Source: Opitutia bacterium UBA7350
Lineage (GTDB): Bacteria > Verrucomicrobiota > Verrucomicrobiia > Opitutales > Coraliomargaritaceae
DNA: 64,000 bases
Direction of reading: 5' to 3'
Assembly (NCBI GenBank): GCA_949524905.1
Contig: CATINC010000004.1
Location: 51,840 to 115,839 of the forward strand
Part shown: one piece after another, positions 45,564-55,966 of the stretch
How the letters are laid out: every line of letters starts with the position of its first letter
Numbering within the stretch: position 1 is the stretch's first letter
Notes under the pieces: model-generated
Database searches by the model: none
What the model was told of the DNA's origin: nothing
The model's input: the letters and a program-made list of their open reading frames with translations, nothing else
Position numbers and translations under genes: made by a program

Positions 45564-46454
45564 TTAGATGTTTACGATTTCAGTGCCGACACCCTTGTCG
45601 GTGAAGATTTCTAGCAATAGGCTGTGGCTCTGGAGGCCATCTATAAAGTGAACACGATGAACCCCATTACGCAATGCTTTCACAGCACTTTCGGTTTTTG
45701 GGATCATCCCACTCCTGATGGTTCCATTCGCGACCAAGTTTTCGAGGTCATCTGAAGAGACAGTTGAAATAAGGGAACTTGGATCGTTGATGTCCTGCAT
45801 TAATCCTGGGACGTCACAAAGATAAACTAGGCGACGAGCCCTCAAAGCACTTGCGACTCGAGCAGCTGCGGCATCGGCATTGGTATTGTATATTTGCCCG
45901 TCCTCATCGCATGCGATAGGGGAGATAACTGGAATATAACCATCATCAAGTGCTTTCCGGATGATTTTTGTTTTAACCGTATGCGTTTCGCCAACATATC
46001 CTAAATCGAGTTTCTTTCCATCGAGAATAATCTCCTTTTTCTCGCAAACTAGAAGATTGTTTCCAGGTATTCCCAAAACACGCGTATTCTTAAACGTCAG
46101 CAATTCGCAGATGTCTCGATTGACCTCTTTATTCAGCGTTGACTCAACCACTTTGATGCTTGCGGCATCTGTGACCCTAAGCCCGTGCTCAAAACGATTT
46201 TCAACCTGTGCACGCTCAAGAGCCCGCGAAATGGCCTTACCTCCACCATGTACCACAACCACTTTAATCCCGGCAGCGTGCAGGAAGGCTATGTCCGTCG
46301 CAACCCGAGAACGAACCTCTGGGTCGGCATCATCCATAAATGCACCGCCATATTTAACTACAAAAATTGCACCCCTAAAGCGTTGTAGATAGGGAAGTGC
46401 CTCAAGTAAAACCGCGGCTTTAGTTGTGATGTCGAGTTGTTGTAAATTGCTCAT
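45564..46454 (-). CDS. argB: Acetylglutamate kinase
   Basis: 296 aa. Motifs: FVVKYGGAFM, VVVHGGGKAI, NTNADAAAA. Confidence 0.93.
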   Translation of the reverse strand: MSNLQQLDITTKAAVLLEALPYLQRFRGAIFVVKYGGAFMDDADPEVRSRVATDIAFLHAAGIKVVVVHGGGKAISRALERAQVENRFEHGLRVTDAASIKVVESTLNKEVNRDICELLTFKNTRVLGIPGNNLLVCEKKEIILDGKKLDLGYVGETHTVKTKIIRKALDDGYIPVISPIACDEDGQIYNTNADAAAARVASALRARRLVYLCDVPGLMQDINDPSSLISTVSSDDLENLVANGTIRSGMIPKTESAVKALRNGVHRVHFIDGLQSHSLLLEIFTDKGVGTEIVNI

Positions 46455-46480
46455 TGTCGACTGAAAAATAGATCTTTTAT

Positions 46481-47722
46481 TTATTCGCTCTTATTAAAAT
46501 CGACGTATGCTTCGCTGAGATCAGTCGTTAGAAGTCGATAATGCCCCGCACCCAGATTTAGATTCATAGTGACGGTGAAACGAGGTTCGGAAACCACGGA
46601 CTGCCATTCCTGTATTTTATCATCTTGCGGAACACCCTTAACAAGAGCCGGGCAATCATTATACCTGATATCTAATGAATCAGCCTTTAGGCCTACCCGC
46701 GCATAACCAGCTGCATCCGCAAGTCGACCCCAATTGGGATCATTTCCGTACCATGAAGTTTTGACTAACAATGAATTACCAACGGCCCGGGCTACTTTTT
46801 CCGCATCTGCATTACTCAGGCAACCTTCGACCTTTAATTCTACTAGCTTGGTTATCTTCTCGCCATCGCCTACAATCTTTTCTGCCAGTTGAGCGCATAC
46901 TTCCAATACTGCCGAGGCAAACGCCTTGTATATCAGATTTTCAGTTGAGTTATTGAGCGTAACCCCACTGTGCCCATTTGCCATCAAAAGGACGCTATCA
47001 TTTGTGCTCATATCGCCGTCGATAGAAATACAATTAAAACTCTGGTCACAGGCATTTTTAAGAATCGTTTTTAAAAGAGCCGCCTCTGCTTGGATATCCG
47101 TCACGAGAAAAGCTAACATGGTAGCCATATTTGGCTCAATCATTCCAGCACCCTTGGCGATTCCCGCTACGGTTATTTTTTTGCCTTCTATTTCAAATTG
47201 TGCAGTTGCGCATTTATTACGGGTATCCGAAGTCAAAATTGCATCCGCTACTTGCTGGGATGCTGTGGTGCCTGAAGAGAGCTTCTGAGCAGCGTCGCTG
47301 ATCCCAGCGTCGATCCGCATCATGGGTAATTTCCGACCAATTCTGCCTGTAGAGCAAACCAAGAATGGGGAGCCGATACCTGTTTGTGACTGTGCGAAAG
47401 TTGACATTTGCTTGGCATCCAATAGACCTTGCTCTCCCGTTGCGGCATTGGCGTTTCCGCTATTAACCACAATACCCGCTATACATTCGGCGCTGTTTTC
47501 TAAGATTATTTTGCAAAGCTGGACGGGTGCAGCGCAAAGGTCATTGAGGGTAAAAACGCCAGCGGCAGGGCAGGGAGTATCCGCCACGATGAGCGCAAGA
47601 TCCAACCGATTCCGATCTCCGGTTTCCCGTATATCAGCAGCTATCCCAGAAACTTTAAAACCAGGACAATCTACCAAGCCTGTTGGGGTAGCTAAAATTT
47701 CAACTGTTGGCGTTGTGCTCAC
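46481..47722 (-). CDS. argJ: Bifunctional ornithine acetyltransferase / N-acetylglutamate synthase
   Basis: 413 aa. The autoproteolysis-site region is GAGMIEPNMATMLAF. Confidence 0.93.
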   Translation of the reverse strand: MSTTPTVEILATPTGLVDCPGFKVSGIAADIRETGDRNRLDLALIVADTPCPAAGVFTLNDLCAAPVQLCKIILENSAECIAGIVVNSGNANAATGEQGLLDAKQMSTFAQSQTGIGSPFLVCSTGRIGRKLPMMRIDAGISDAAQKLSSGTTASQQVADAILTSDTRNKCATAQFEIEGKKITVAGIAKGAGMIEPNMATMLAFLVTDIQAEAALLKTILKNACDQSFNCISIDGDMSTNDSVLLMANGHSGVTLNNSTENLIYKAFASAVLEVCAQLAEKIVGDGEKITKLVELKVEGCLSNADAEKVARAVGNSLLVKTSWYGNDPNWGRLADAAGYARVGLKADSLDIRYNDCPALVKGVPQDDKIQEWQSVVSEPRFTVTMNLNLGAGHYRLLTTDLSEAYVDFNKSE

Positions 47723-47723
47723 T

Positions 47724-48749
47724 TTAAAACATCAACCCCTCTGCTTGATTGAACCCGTATTTGAGGTTCATGATTTGAACTGCTTGTCCACTCGCACCTT
47801 TTAAAAGATTATCAATTACCGAATGGATAATAAAATTACCAGTGCGTTCGTCATAGGTAGCAGCAAGGTCAGCCCGATTGGTGCCTTTCACGTTTTTGGT
47901 ATCCGGGAAAGTACCCCTTGGCAAAAGCCCGATAAACGGTTGATCTCGATAGGCGTCATCCCAGCAGGCTTCAAGTGCCTCTATGGAACCCTTTGCCTTT
48001 GCTACGATCGTTGTTGAAATCCCCCGATTCATAGGCGCGAGGTGCGGATTAAACTGCACTACGCAATCTTTGTTGGTGAATATTGCAAGTTGTTCTTCGA
48101 TTTCAGAAAGATGCCGATGGTAGGGCGTACCATAGGCAACCATACTCTCGCTTCGCTCAACATACATAAAGTTTTCTGCAAGTTTTTTACCAGCTCCGCT
48201 CACACCGCTATAACTGTTAATAACGATACCTGCAGGATCGATCAGTCCATCCTTAAGTAGCGGAACTATCGGCAACTGAATGCTAGTAGGATAACAGCCA
48301 GGGCATGCAATTAAATCGGCATTTTCCCATGCACCGGTAGCCAGTTCTGGTAAAACATAAGGTGCCGCTTCGAGTAATTCTGGTGCTGGGTGTGCTTTGC
48401 CGTAGTAGCTTTCGTATAGCGCTGGGGAATTAAGCCGAAAGTCTGCACTCAGGTCGATGACCACCTTACCCGCCGCAAGCAGAGGTTTCGCGAAATCGCA
48501 GGCTACCCCGTGTGGTAGAGCTAAAAAGAACAAATCCAAATCATCCCGCGCAGAGAGTGCGGTGAGGTCCGAGGATTCAAACTCCATCTCCCCGAGCAAA
48601 TGCCGAAGTCCTGGCATAGCATCCGCAACAGATTCACCAACCAGCGTGCGTGAAGTGACTGCCCCGAGTTCAACCTGTGGGTGCGTGGCCAATATTTTGA
48701 CTAATTCGACTCCCGAATAACCGGAAGCGCCTATTACTGCTACTTTCAT
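47724..48749 (-). CDS. argC: N-acetyl-gamma-glutamyl-phosphate reductase
   Basis: 341 aa. Motifs: MKVAVIGASGYSG, and the catalytic Cys in ACPGCYPTS. Confidence 0.93.
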   Translation of the reverse strand: MKVAVIGASGYSGVELVKILATHPQVELGAVTSRTLVGESVADAMPGLRHLLGEMEFESSDLTALSARDDLDLFFLALPHGVACDFAKPLLAAGKVVIDLSADFRLNSPALYESYYGKAHPAPELLEAAPYVLPELATGAWENADLIACPGCYPTSIQLPIVPLLKDGLIDPAGIVINSYSGVSGAGKKLAENFMYVERSESMVAYGTPYHRHLSEIEEQLAIFTNKDCVVQFNPHLAPMNRGISTTIVAKAKGSIEALEACWDDAYRDQPFIGLLPRGTFPDTKNVKGTNRADLAATYDERTGNFIIHSVIDNLLKGASGQAVQIMNLKYGFNQAEGLMF

Positions 48750-48790
48750 GATTTTTGAAATAATGGAACGAGTATCTTAAAATGGAAAAC

Positions 48791-48835
48791 AAAAAACCCT
48801 CCACCAGCGCGTAGTGATACGGCCGTGGAGGGTTT
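48791..48835 (-). terminator. Rho-independent terminator after rpsI
   Basis: On the minus strand, ACCCTCCAC ... GTGGAGGGT form a 9-bp stem (48796-48804 with 48825-48833) followed by TTTTTTGTTTT, about 30 nt after the rpsI stop. The loop is long (20 nt). Confidence 0.6.
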
Positions 48836-48865
48836 GCAAAGTTGCGTCCTTGAACCGCGGCGTGA

Positions 48866-49267
48866 TTAACGCTTAGAGAATTGGAAATTTTTGCGAGCGC
48901 CAGGCTGCCCTGACTTCTTTCGTTCGCGACCACGTGGATCACGTTTCATGTGACCTTCTTGTTTAAGAGGAACTCGTAGAGTGTCGTTCATCTTTTCAAG
49001 TGCCCGAGAGATTCCGAGGCGAACCGCGCCCGCCTGCCCATTGAGTCCACCCCCTTGAGCACGAATGACAATGTCAACGGCATCAGTCATTTCAACGGTC
49101 GTTAAAGGCGATAGGGCGGCCCGCGTGAAATCTTCTGCCTTAAAATAATCGGCAGGCGTTTTTCCGTTGACGGTGATCTTGCCGGAGCCGCTGGTCAGAC
49201 GCACGCGGGCGGTAGCGGTCTTGCGACGGCCTACACTTATAAATATATTTTCTGCGGTTTTAGTCAT
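48866..49267 (-). CDS. rpsI: 30S ribosomal protein S9
   Basis: 133 aa. Contains GGGLNGQAGAVRLGISRAL and the C-terminal ...RKKSGQPGARKNFQFSKR. Confidence 0.97.
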   Translation of the reverse strand: MTKTAENIFISVGRRKTATARVRLTSGSGKITVNGKTPADYFKAEDFTRAALSPLTTVEMTDAVDIVIRAQGGGLNGQAGAVRLGISRALEKMNDTLRVPLKQEGHMKRDPRGRERKKSGQPGARKNFQFSKR

Positions 49268-49284
49268 GGATTTAAATAAAGGTT

Positions 49285-49710
49285 TTAAACAAGCGGTTTG
49301 GGTTGTTGTGCTTGGTAAGGATGCTCAGGACCCGCGTGAATTTTAAGCTTCTTCAGCATTTGTCGACCAAGCTTGTTGCGGGGAAGCATGCCCTTAACCG
49401 CGTGCTCGATAATAAATTCAGGTTTGTTTTCACGCATTGTTTCCATGCTGATGTGTTTATCGCCACCCATCCAGCCAGAATAAAACATGTAACGCTTGTC
49501 CGTGTTTTTATTGCCACTGACCTTAATCTTCTCGGCATTGACAACAACAACGAAGTCACCGGTATCAGTGTGGGGAGTATAGGTAGGTTTGTGGCGACCA
49601 CGTAGTACATTAGCGATCTTTACGGAGATACGACCTAATGTTTCATTAGCAGCGTCAACGACAAACCATGCCTTCTCTTGGTCAGTTGATTTTGAAAGTG
49701 TAGTTTTCAT
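49285..49710 (-). CDS. rplM: 50S ribosomal protein L13
   Basis: 141 aa. [33 protein letters not shown] is the L13 signature region. Directly upstream of rpsI. Confidence 0.97.
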   Translation of the reverse strand: MKTTLSKSTDQEKAWFVVDAANETLGRISVKIANVLRGRHKPTYTPHTDTGDFVVVVNAEKIKVSGNKNTDKRYMFYSGWMGGDKHISMETMRENKPEFIIEHAVKGMLPRNKLGRQMLKKLKIHAGPEHPYQAQQPKPLV

Positions 49711-49973
49711 TAAAGTTTCTGGAAAAGCGGTAGAGCAAACTTCCCGTTAGAGGCTCTGTCAATTCGAATTTAAAGCCTTCACACAAACATTTACGCTACA
49801 ATTTAACAGATATCTCAATAATAAATGCTAGATATAGAAGGCCTAATGATTCAGACAATCAAAAGGGCACAATTAAAATACTATTAGACATAATATATAT
49901 TGTGCATAAATATCGTCCAGCCTAGGATTGACAATGGGTCAGGAACTACTGAGAACGTTAACTTGATTGAAAC

Positions 49974-50060
<87 letters not shown>

Positions 50061-50171
50061 ATGGAATCGGTCTTAAGGCTTAATGTTTCGCTGTTTTCCA
50101 GGATTTTTTACGCTCAGCCTAATTTAAAGAGGCATAATATTTTGAAAAGAATCGGTGGGCTATAATTTCAC

Positions 50172-51101
50172 TTAGTGCTTATCTCTTGGATGATGCAGAG
50201 CATGGGTGTCTGCTAATTGTTCCGATTTTAATGCAGTATATATTTGAGTCGTGGTAATGTCCGCATGACCCAGCATTTCTTGAATGGCACGCAAATCAGC
50301 CCCACCTTCCAATAAATGAGTCGCAAAGGAGTGGCGCAATAAGTGCGGTTTTACGGTTTTTTGGATACCGGCAGTCAGAGCATGTTTCTTAATAAGCACC
50401 CAGATCATCTTTCGGGAAAGTGCCCTGCCCCGATTACTTAAGAAAAATGTGCTATGTGTAATTTTTTTAACTAAGGCTGGACGCGCGCGGGTCAAATAAT
50501 CCTTGAGTGAATGAATGGCTTTGCTGCCGATGGGGGCAAGGCGCTCCTTACTACCTTTACCAATAACGCGTAAATAACCTTCATTAAGTTGAACATTTTG
50601 TAATTCAAGGGTGCAAAGTTCGGACACTCGTAGCCCACTGCTGTAAAAAAGTTCTAATATAGCTCGGTCACGAATACCTAGGGAGCTATGCCTAGAGGGA
50701 GCATCGAGGAGTACCTCAACTTCGCTTCGCGTAAGCACTTCCGGTAGTTTACGTTTACTCTTGGGACTTTCTAAGAGTTCAGCAAAATTGTCTGGGCGTA
50801 GGTTTTCTCGAACTAAGTGTTTTGCCAAAACACGTAAGGCGCTTAGTTTTCGTAATTGGCTACTCCGCGCATAATCCCCCTTTGCTATTTTAGCGGAAAA
50901 ATCAGCGAGCATGGAAGGCGTCACCTCTTTCCATGCAGAAATACCAGCCTGATGGATGAAGTTGGCACATTGACGTAAATCGCGCCCGTATCCATCAATA
51001 GTATGGGGTGATAGTCCTCGCTCAAGGTCGAGCCAAGCGAGTAAGCTTTCGACTGGCTCGATTAAGTCTTCCGGTAATGCCTGACTGCTTTCGGATTGCA
51101 T
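50172..51101 (-). CDS. xerD: Tyrosine recombinase XerD (chromosome dimer resolution)
   Basis: 309 aa, close to E. coli XerD along its whole length: LRVIGKGSKERLAPIG, HLLRHSFATHLLEGGADLRAIQEMLGHADITTTQIYT, and the C-terminal HHPR. Confidence 0.8.
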   Translation of the reverse strand: MQSESSQALPEDLIEPVESLLAWLDLERGLSPHTIDGYGRDLRQCANFIHQAGISAWKEVTPSMLADFSAKIAKGDYARSSQLRKLSALRVLAKHLVRENLRPDNFAELLESPKSKRKLPEVLTRSEVEVLLDAPSRHSSLGIRDRAILELFYSSGLRVSELCTLELQNVQLNEGYLRVIGKGSKERLAPIGSKAIHSLKDYLTRARPALVKKITHSTFFLSNRGRALSRKMIWVLIKKHALTAGIQKTVKPHLLRHSFATHLLEGGADLRAIQEMLGHADITTTQIYTALKSEQLADTHALHHPRDKH

Positions 51102-51173
51102 TGTTATAAAATGGTCGGTCTAACATGCGCCTTGCAAGCCCAGCCTTTGCATACATTTATTTAAGTTTCTTTT

Positions 51174-52481
51174 ATGAATCCTGAGTTTCCAGCCATAACA
51201 GCAATAAAGCCAACCGACTTGCGTGGTATTTTGAAATACGTGTCTATGTTTCGTGAACACGTTTTTATAATTGCACTCGATGGCAGCTTGGTTGCCCATG
51301 AAAACTTTAAGAATGTACTATTAGACATCGCCGTCCTTCGCTCGCTTCACATTCGAGTGGTGCTGGTATATGGAATCGGTCAACAACTCAAGGAGACTGC
51401 TGAGGCACGTTCGCTAGCAATAACCAATCCCCACGGTGAAAGCCGAACAGATGCAGTTACCTTAGCATTGGCGAGAGATACCTCTGCTTTAGTCAATCAA
51501 GAAATCATGCAGGGTCTCAGTCGAATCGGACTGAGATGCGCTAATAGCAATGCACTCCGCGCCAAAGCCACCGGTATTGTAGGAGGTGTTGATCAACTAC
51601 TGAGCGGTGAAGTTGATAAACTCGACTTATCTATGCTTAAGCAATTATTTGAAGCTGGTACCATGCCGATCATTGCACCGATGGCCCCCGATCGAAACGG
51701 GGAAATGTTGCGTCTTAATTCTGATGCCATCGCCTCAAAACTCGCTGAAGATTTGGAAGCATCAAAATTAATATATCTCACCACCCACGATGCATTTAAA
51801 TTAGGTGATGATGCTATTAAAAATCTTTCACTAGAAGAATTAGACCACCTATTAGAATCACAGACGGAAGCTCTTCCAGATCGTCTGCTGAGTAAATTAA
51901 AAAGCTCAGCTCAAACAATTCGAAACGGAACACCTCGTGCTCATATTTTGGATGGTCGCCTATTTGGAGCGCTTTTAAATGAAGTTTTCGACAAGGTCGG
52001 CATCGGAACAATGATCTACGGAAATGAGTATCAATCCATTCGCCCTGCCAATCCCGAAGAAGCCTACTCTATCTATAACATTACAAGAAATGCAGTCAGA
52101 GCAGAGCGCTTGCGCGAACGTGACCAGCAGGAAATTGAAGCCAATATCCAAGATTATCATGTCTATGAAATCGACGGTAGCATTGTGGCATGCTTATACC
52201 TGAAATATTGGAAAGATAACCGGCATGCAGAACTCGGGAGCGTTTATGTACTTCCTTTTTATCAGGGAAAAGGCGTCGGGCGCCGAATGGTTCAATATGC
52301 AATCAATCATGCCCGCAAAATCGGCATTCATCGCTTGACTGCACTCAGCACACAGGCAGCACCTTTCTTTACAGAAGTCTGCAGCTTTGTTGAAGGTCAG
52401 ATTGAAGATCTCCATGAAGAACAACGTTGCGACTATTTAAAAAGTGGTCGCAATTCTAAGATTTTTTATATCAAGCTATGA
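51174..52481 (+). CDS. argA: Amino-acid N-acetyltransferase (N-acetylglutamate synthase): AAK domain plus GNAT domain
   Basis: 435 aa. An N-terminal amino-acid-kinase fold (FIIALDGSLV, VVLVYGIG) is joined to a C-terminal GNAT with YVLPFYQGKGVGRRMVQYA. Confidence 0.85.
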   Translation: MNPEFPAITAIKPTDLRGILKYVSMFREHVFIIALDGSLVAHENFKNVLLDIAVLRSLHIRVVLVYGIGQQLKETAEARSLAITNPHGESRTDAVTLALARDTSALVNQEIMQGLSRIGLRCANSNALRAKATGIVGGVDQLLSGEVDKLDLSMLKQLFEAGTMPIIAPMAPDRNGEMLRLNSDAIASKLAEDLEASKLIYLTTHDAFKLGDDAIKNLSLEELDHLLESQTEALPDRLLSKLKSSAQTIRNGTPRAHILDGRLFGALLNEVFDKVGIGTMIYGNEYQSIRPANPEEAYSIYNITRNAVRAERLRERDQQEIEANIQDYHVYEIDGSIVACLYLKYWKDNRHAELGSVYVLPFYQGKGVGRRMVQYAINHARKIGIHRLTALSTQAAPFFTEVCSFVEGQIEDLHEEQRCDYLKSGRNSKIFYIKL

Positions 52482-52813
52482 GCGAGCTCTACCACACAAC
52501 TGACCTCGATGGTATTACCGAGCTTAAGCCAGACAAGCAGCGCTTGCGTGAGATTCTCACTACCTTAGATCAAGGAAATGCTGATAGCGCCAGCCACCCG
52601 GATGTTAGTCTCATTAATGATGAAAACGGTTGGAGTCTTTCAGTTTTTGCAAGTGGGGTTGTTGCTTTTGAACAATTAGATCAAGAGGAGGATGCTCCCT
52701 TTTACATGAAAGATGTAAGCCGTGATACTGCCCTCGGCTTATGGCTAAATTTAGCTGCGGGTAAAATTGAAACCCTCTTGGCTCTACCCTGGCTTAAAGA
52801 TCCTTCAAGTTAG
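52478..52813 (+). CDS. Hypothetical acidic protein, translationally coupled to argA
   Basis: 111 aa. Its ATG overlaps the argA TGA (ATGA at 52478-52481). No recognisable motif. Confidence 0.5.
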   Translation: MSELYHTTDLDGITELKPDKQRLREILTTLDQGNADSASHPDVSLINDENGWSLSVFASGVVAFEQLDQEEDAPFYMKDVSRDTALGLWLNLAAGKIETLLALPWLKDPSS

Positions 52814-52815
52814 GA

Positions 52816-53490
52816 CTAGTTTGGTAGGCAGCAAATTGAGCAAACTCGCTCATTATTGTGCGTAAAGGAAAATTTAAATTTAGACACGGCATCTACAATA
52901 TCTGAAACAAATGCATCATTGAGGTAAATTATCTCGGCCGTGCCTGATTTAAAATCTAAAGATAAGGCAATGTCTTGAAAATTTGCCCGCTGCTGCCATT
53001 TCGGGAACTGTGCTTTATAAAAAGCTTCCTTGAGGCTAAATAATAAGGTCGGGCTATGAACATTTGATTTAAGCAATGGTTCTTCAAGTGAATGCACAAC
53101 TCGCTTAGAAGCGGTTCCACTGAGCCGTCCAATTTTTTCATAATCTAATCCCAAACAAAAGTAATTCTTTTCCCTTGCTGCGATAGCGCCGCAGAGACCC
53201 TTCGAGTGCGAGATGCTCCCTACGAAACCGCTTGGCCATTGAGGCACCCCCAAGGGATCTGCTGACAACAGAGCATCCTCTGAACCTATTTCTGCCAAAG
53301 CTGTGCGAGCACAAAGGCGGCCGTTCAAAAATTCAATCCGCCGTGATTCTTGGAAATTTGCACATGATGCAGCCTCAGCCGGATGCTCCGGTAAAACATC
53401 AGGGTCTCCGAAGCAAACCGCTGATACAACACCACTTGGGCACAGCTCCCTCAGATCTTCACTTTCATTGACTGCAAGACCAACTGACAT
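52816..53490 (-). CDS. 4'-phosphopantetheinyl transferase (EntD/Sfp type)
   Basis: 224 aa. GVPQWPSGFVGSISHSKGLCGAIAA and FSLKEAFYKA are the PPTase motifs 2 and 3. Confidence 0.8.
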   Translation of the reverse strand: MSVGLAVNESEDLRELCPSGVVSAVCFGDPDVLPEHPAEAASCANFQESRRIEFLNGRLCARTALAEIGSEDALLSADPLGVPQWPSGFVGSISHSKGLCGAIAAREKNYFCLGLDYEKIGRLSGTASKRVVHSLEEPLLKSNVHSPTLLFSLKEAFYKAQFPKWQQRANFQDIALSLDFKSGTAEIIYLNDAFVSDIVDAVSKFKFSFTHNNERVCSICCLPN

Positions 53491-53595
53491 GAGCGAAGTA
53501 AAGCAGATTGATCTTCTTTGACAATAATCAAGGTGAAAGCCATTATTCCGATAAATTCATTGCCCTTGCTTAATTATGCATGAAAGTGACTTTAA

Positions 53596-54414
53596 ATGGA
53601 CTTAAAGGATTTTAACCATTATCTCATAACTCCCAAGCAGAATAACGAGCTCGCCAAAGTCGACTCACACCCTTGGGAGGACATTCCATCTTGCAAACTA
53701 GAAGCTGGCGAGGAACTCGATCGCCTACGCAAACAAATTGCGGATCTTCAGCAGCGCTTCTTCATCGATCGACGCAAGAAATTCTTAATCGTCCTTCAAG
53801 GCATGGATACCAGCGGCAAAAATAGCACGATACGCCATGTATTTAAAGGCGTAAACCCCCAAGGGGTTCATGTTTCCAGTTTCGACAAACCAACCAATCA
53901 TGAACTTGCGCATGATTATCTATGGCGCGTACATCAGTGCGCCCCACGCGATGGTGAAATTATGATTTTTGACCGCAGTCATTACGAAGATGTCCTTGCA
54001 GTACGCGTCAACAAATTGAAGCCAGAATCGGTTTGGCGTAAACGCTTTCGCCATATAAATGACTTTGAACAACTATTAGCCGATGAAGATACCCTGATTC
54101 TTAAGTTATTTCTTCACATTGACAGCGAGACACAACGTGAACGTCTACAGAATCGACTGGATGTTCCGATGAAAAACTGGAAATTCGATCCCTCAGACCT
54201 CACCGCTCGAAAGTTTTGGAATCGCTATGAGGTGGCGTACGAGGAAGTTTTTGAAAAAACCTCTACACCGCATGCGCCTTGGTATTTGATTCCATCGAGT
54301 AAAAAATGGGCGCGTAATCTTTTAGTGGCTCGTTTAGTGGTAGCTTATCTCAATGAATTACGACTGAGTTACCCCAAGGTTGACTTTGATCCCGCTACAA
54401 TCGAAATCACATAA
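53596..54414 (+). CDS. ppk2: Polyphosphate kinase 2 family (single PPK2 domain)
   Basis: 272 aa. Motifs: Walker-A-like LQGMDTSGKNSTIRHV, then DYLWRVHQCAPRDGEIMIFDRSHYEDV. Confidence 0.88.
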   Translation: MDLKDFNHYLITPKQNNELAKVDSHPWEDIPSCKLEAGEELDRLRKQIADLQQRFFIDRRKKFLIVLQGMDTSGKNSTIRHVFKGVNPQGVHVSSFDKPTNHELAHDYLWRVHQCAPRDGEIMIFDRSHYEDVLAVRVNKLKPESVWRKRFRHINDFEQLLADEDTLILKLFLHIDSETQRERLQNRLDVPMKNWKFDPSDLTARKFWNRYEVAYEEVFEKTSTPHAPWYLIPSSKKWARNLLVARLVVAYLNELRLSYPKVDFDPATIEIT

Positions 54415-54428
54415 AGGTCTTTCTCTCA

Positions 54429-55094
54429 ATGCTGCGCTCACCCCACTCTACTGTACTATCGCCTTCACTTTTAGCAGGCGACCATGCTGCCCTTGGAAAA
54501 AGTTTGCGAGTTGTTGAGGAAACCGGACTTTCTTGGATACACCTTGATATCATGGATGGCCACTTTGTGCCAAACCTTACCTTTGGTCCGCAAACCATTG
54601 CAGCACTCCGTCCCCAATCCTCACTATTTTTTGACGTGCACCTCATGCTGGATAATCCGCATGTTCATCTTGAAGCCTTTCTTCAGTCTGGTGCCGATCA
54701 AGTTACCATCCATGTTGAGCCGGATTACCCCGTTGCAGAGACCTTAAAACGTATCAAAGATGCAGGCAAGAAATGTGGACTTGCCTTAAATCCAGATACC
54801 CCTGCAGAGATCGCTATGCCTTTCATTTCAGATTGCGATATTGTTGTAATAATGAGCGTCATGCCAGGATTTGGAGGGCAATCTTTCCGTGAAGACATAC
54901 TCCCTAAAATAGAATTATTTTCCCAATGGCGCAAAGAGAAAGGTCACTCTTACAGAATTCAAATAGATGGCGGTATCACGATCAAGACTGCTCCTGGTTG
55001 CCTAAATCGCGGTGCAGATACCTTAGTTGCAGGCACTGCCTTCTATCGTGCAGATAACCGCAATTCCTTCTCAAAAGAGATTGTCGCTCAATAA
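54429..55094 (+). CDS. rpe: Ribulose-phosphate 3-epimerase
   Basis: 221 aa. Motifs: SPSLLAGD, IHLDIMDGHFVPNLTFG, MSVMPGFGGQSF, IQIDGGI. Confidence 0.93.
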   Translation: MLRSPHSTVLSPSLLAGDHAALGKSLRVVEETGLSWIHLDIMDGHFVPNLTFGPQTIAALRPQSSLFFDVHLMLDNPHVHLEAFLQSGADQVTIHVEPDYPVAETLKRIKDAGKKCGLALNPDTPAEIAMPFISDCDIVVIMSVMPGFGGQSFREDILPKIELFSQWRKEKGHSYRIQIDGGITIKTAPGCLNRGADTLVAGTAFYRADNRNSFSKEIVAQ

Positions 55095-55873
55095 AGTTCG
55101 CTTCGTAAATCCCTCAGGCAATCCATATCGTTGCGCACATCTTGGATGTCGCTTAGTTTAATATCAAAGCAGAAGAACTCAGGTACTTCACCTGCCTCAT
55201 AAAGAATTTCTCCAGAGGGATGGACTATCATTGAGTGTCCGCAGAAATCAGTTTCTTCTGAAACGACACAAGCATGGCCACATTGATTTGTAGCAATTAT
55301 GAAATTCTGGTTTTCCATAGCCCTTGCTTTAAGCAGAGTTCGCCAATGCGACAGTCGAGGGAAAGGAAAGGCCGCTGCCAAAATTTGAAGCTGGGCGCCA
55401 GCGGATGCACACTTACGAAATAACTCGGGAAACCTTAAATCATAACAAATTGAGCAGCCAATATGAGTGTTTCCATCACGAAAAGTTATGATATCGTTAC
55501 CCGCTTCAAAATAACGATCCTCGCCCATTGGTTTAAAAAGATGAATCTTATTATAACGTCCTATGATATAACCATTAGCATCAAAATATAAAAAAGTATT
55601 AGTAAAATTCCCGTGTTTATTGTTACATAAAAATGAACCACAAATCGCAATATTATATTGTTTGGATATTTTTTTAATTGTCTCAAGACTGCTTACAATC
55701 ATTGTTTTTAAGCATTCTATTTTATCATAAGAAAAACCTGTAGTACACAATTCAGGTAAGCAGAGTAGCTCAGCATTAGCCTCTTTTGCATTTTGAGCGA
55801 AATCGTAAATTGTTTTCAAATTCGATTCAACGTTGCCCAAAACTGGAGAAAATTGTGAAAGCGCAATTCGCAT
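55088..55873 (-). CDS. Carbon-nitrogen hydrolase (nitrilase superfamily, omega-amidase/YafV-like)
   Basis: 261 aa. Motifs: LPELCTTGF (catalytic Glu), RYNKIHLF (Lys), GCSICYDLRFPELFR (catalytic Cys). Confidence 0.85.
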   Translation of the reverse strand: MRIALSQFSPVLGNVESNLKTIYDFAQNAKEANAELLCLPELCTTGFSYDKIECLKTMIVSSLETIKKISKQYNIAICGSFLCNNKHGNFTNTFLYFDANGYIIGRYNKIHLFKPMGEDRYFEAGNDIITFRDGNTHIGCSICYDLRFPELFRKCASAGAQLQILAAAFPFPRLSHWRTLLKARAMENQNFIIATNQCGHACVVSEETDFCGHSMIVHPSGEILYEAGEVPEFFCFDIKLSDIQDVRNDMDCLRDLRSELY

Positions 55874-55966
55874 ATTAGAAAATTAAAACAATATAAAAAT
55901 AATTAAACTTGTTTATTTGACTGTTACAAAATACTCAACGTTCAACACGTACATTAAGACTTCATT

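Noticed and set aside
55088-55094. A 7-bp convergent overlap of the rpe and C-N hydrolase 3' ends.
   Set aside because: Short convergent overlaps are common and need no special explanation. No hairpin or regulatory element is evident.
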